Sequence record: CP084607.1
DNA: 32,000 nt
Strand: one strand, 5' to 3'
Positions 30,122 to 32,000 of the stretch are shown here, in pieces (the stretch's first letter is position 1; each line of letters starts with the position of its first letter). The translations under genes were made by a program, and so were the position numbers. Under the pieces are notes generated by a model. It worked only from the letters and a program-made list of their open reading frames with translations, had not been told where the DNA came from and searched no databases.

Positions 30122-30560
30122 TTCCATTTGGTGTCTTGGTCCTCAAAGTTGTTCACAACTTTGAGGAAGTAAACAAAAAAGACAAACAACCTTTATTATC
30201 CTAAAAGCCAGGCACTTTATATTTAGTTCTATTTGGAAATTAGACTAAATTTTGGTTCTTTTAAAAAATTGTCAAGCGTTGGTGCCTTTTTTGACATAAA
30301 AAAAGGTTCAAAGAACGCAGAAAAATGAAATTTTTCTGCGTTCTTTGAACCTTTCCTCAAAATTGTGAACAATTTTGAGGACCAAATGGGATTTTTCAAG
30401 GCAATAAAATTGCGAACAATTTGAAGGGCCAAGGCAAAAAGGTTATTTGAACCTTTCGGTGCCTTTTTTGAGATCAAAAAGGCAATAAAATTATGAACAA
30501 TTTTGAGGACCAAATGGGATGGTGCTTTTTTGAGTGCAAAAAAAAAAAAGCAAAAAGGGC
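30122..30560. repeat. densest SDR cluster (Z, X, Y, Z, Z', X, Z, X modules) between ycf1 and cysT
   Basis: GGTCCTCAAAGTTGTTCACAACTTTGAGGAAG (30138-30168). X at 30285-30306. A perfect Y palindrome GGTTCAAAGAACGCAGAAAAATGAAATTTTTCTGCGTTCTTTGAACC at 30305-30351. Z, CCTCAAAATTGTGAACAATTTTGAGG, at 30355-30380. Further Z/X copies extend to 30560. Confidence 0.85.
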
Positions 30561-30668
30561 AAAATGTGACCTTTTAAGGAATTACTTATTTTTCGGGGAA
30601 ACTGGAACCAGAAAAGAATGAGAAAATAAATTGAATTCCAAATTTTTTTCCATGAAAAATTAAATTTT

Positions 30669-31556
30669 TCAAATTCGAAATTTCATTGATTGAAATGCAT
30701 TAATTAATAAAAGAGTAACTAATGCAATTAATAAAACAACGGCACCTATAACCGAAGCCCCTAAATAATCATATTGTTCTAATGATTGATAAATTAAAAC
30801 CGAAGAAACTAAATCTTTAAAAGGTAAGTTTGAAGAAATCATAACAATTGATCCAAACTCCCCCAGGGCTCGTGAGAAACTTAAGGTAAAGCCGGTGAAT
30901 ATTGATGGCCAAAGCGTAGGTAAAATTACTTTTCGAAAAGTATCAGCAGGAGAAGCACCTAAAGACCAGGCTGCTTCTTCTAAACTTTTGTCAACTTCTT
31001 GCAAAACTGGTTGTAATGTTCGAATTACAAAAGGAAAAGAGACAAAAATCATTGCAAGTAATACACCGATTTTTGTAAATACAACTTGAAATCCGAACAA
31101 GTTAAAAAAACTCCCAATCCACCCTTGATCCCCATAAACAGTAGCTAAAGTCAACCCAGCAACGGAAGTGGGTAGAGCAAATGGAAGATCAACTGCAGCA
31201 TCAAGAAGTTTTCGACCAAAAAAAGTCGTATCGTGTTAACACCCAGGTAATTATAAACCCAAAAAAGTATTAATTGAGGCTGCGTAAAGAGCCATTTGAA
31301 GGGTCAATAAATATGCAGAAATGGCTATTGGATCCGTTGCCTTTCCAACCACTTCATCCCAATTATTTTGGAGAATTAATAAAAATAAAACAACAAGAGG
31401 TAAAATTAACAGAAAACAGAAATAAAAAAATAAAATAAAATTTTTAAATAAACCCGAGTTCCTGAAAAACGGTAGTTGGGTTCGGCCCTTAAAATTGTTG
31501 ACCATGTTAAGGTACGGTTGTAGTTTTAAACTCAAAGTTGAAAATAATAGGTTCAT
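30669..31556 (-). CDS. cysT: sulfate ABC transporter permease CysT (two compensating frame breaks as given)
   Basis: 31251..31556 (...[22 protein letters not shown]) and 30669..31154 ([20 protein letters not shown]...[50 protein letters not shown], the permease EAA loop) are in the same frame. The 12 codons between them ([13 protein letters not shown], then [22 protein letters not shown]) are readable only after adding one nt at A3 31255-31257 and removing one nt at A7 31218-31224. The true start could be the internal ATG at 31505. Confidence 0.85.
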
Positions 31557-31629
31557 AACAGATGTTTCTCTAAGTTTTTAAAACGAAAAGTTTTTAATCT
31601 TTAAAATCTCTAATGAAATTTCTCAAAAT

Positions 31630-31745
31630 TTAGGTTCTTTTCCAAAAATTTTCGTAAATTTTTGGAACCAATTTGAAAAAACATTCATTTTTTTCTGCGT
31701 TCAGTTCCCAAAATTTTGAGAAATTTTGGGAAATACCATGAAAAA
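31630..31745. repeat. SDR cluster W+Y+W upstream of cysT
   Basis: TTCCAAAAATTTTCGTAAATTTTTGGAACCAATTTGAAAAAACATTCATTTTTTTCTGCGTTCAGTTCCCAAAATTTTGAGAAATTTTGGGAAATACCATGAAAAAAAA. It is nearly the same module order as 24850-24960 and 6845-6930. Confidence 0.8.
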
Positions 31746-32000
31746 AAATTCTTTTTTTTAAGGTCTTTACGCTTAGCAATAATAAGGGTAAAGTTTTGTA
31801 AAAAATTGGATGTTCTGTATTCTTTTGAAAGGGTTATTCTTGTTTGAATTAAAACAATTTTTTCATCAGGAAACTAAAGAAAGCGTTCTTAACAAAAGAG
31901 AAACATTTGGAAATAGTCGGTTACTTAGAACTGTCTAAAGTTGATTCAGAACCTACTGATGATTCAGATAATAAAGATTTAATAACAGTTTTAGCTTTAG

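Noticed and set aside
30229-30513. Track ORFs lying in spacers: 91..294, 5307..5489, 5421..5609, 6652..6948, 10050..10400, 10345..10581, 12304..12567, 14365..14619, 15991..16215, 17791..18003, 21760..21957, 23189..23434, 24481..24684, 24832..25056 and 30229..30513.
   Set aside because: These are translations of the SDR modules. The same peptide strings recur, such as LKIV(H/A)NFIAFLISK(K/E)[11 protein letters not shown] and VPFLTSKKA. Others run across tRNA genes or the trnL and psbB introns. They have low complexity and many rely on non-ATG starts.
30122-30560. A CRISPR-like array or MITE cluster interpretation of the tightly packed palindromes.
   Set aside because: There is no constant repeat length or regular spacer periodicity. 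The modules differ from each other and occur in both orientations throughout the window. No cas genes are present, and the context is organellar.

Overview
This AT-rich, gene-dense window is a stretch of a green-algal (chlorophyte) plastid genome, not a prokaryotic accessory region. It carries tufA, infA, rpl19, cysT and an unsplit rps12, which points to a non-chlorophycean, trebouxiophyte/ulvophyte/prasinophyte-like gene set. I cannot name the species from sequence alone.

Gene content:
- One long minus-strand cluster covers 42-11473: rps12-rps7-tufA-rpl19-ycf4-cemA-rpl23-rpl2-rps19-rps3-rpl16-rpl14-rpl5-rps8-infA-rpl36.
- It is followed by psaJ, trnP-trnW, rpl20-rps18, trnE, trnfM, trnG, trnS, psbM, trnY, trnL(UAA) with its group I intron, and psbH.
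- A plus-strand block then runs psbN-clpP-petB-petD-psbB-psbT. psbB is split by a 1.66-kb group I intron that encodes a double-motif LAGLIDADG endonuclease.
- The window ends with psbA, a ycf1-like 819-codon gene, and cysT.

Three things stand out:
1. At least 19 single-nucleotide frame breaks occur in 13 otherwise perfectly conserved genes, plus one in a tRNA. Most fall in homopolymer runs, which looks like sequence error or a decaying plastid-DNA copy rather than biology.
2. Almost every spacer, and the peripheral parts of the psbB intron, are filled with a few modular palindromic short dispersed repeat (SDR) families. These generate most of the non-genic ORFs in the supplied track.
3. Long gene-specific perfect inverted repeats sit at the 3' ends of many genes.

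I see no evidence for a defence island, CRISPR array, or any other novel multi-gene system. The only unexplained coding candidate is a frame-broken ORF of about 97 codons at 25083-25376.
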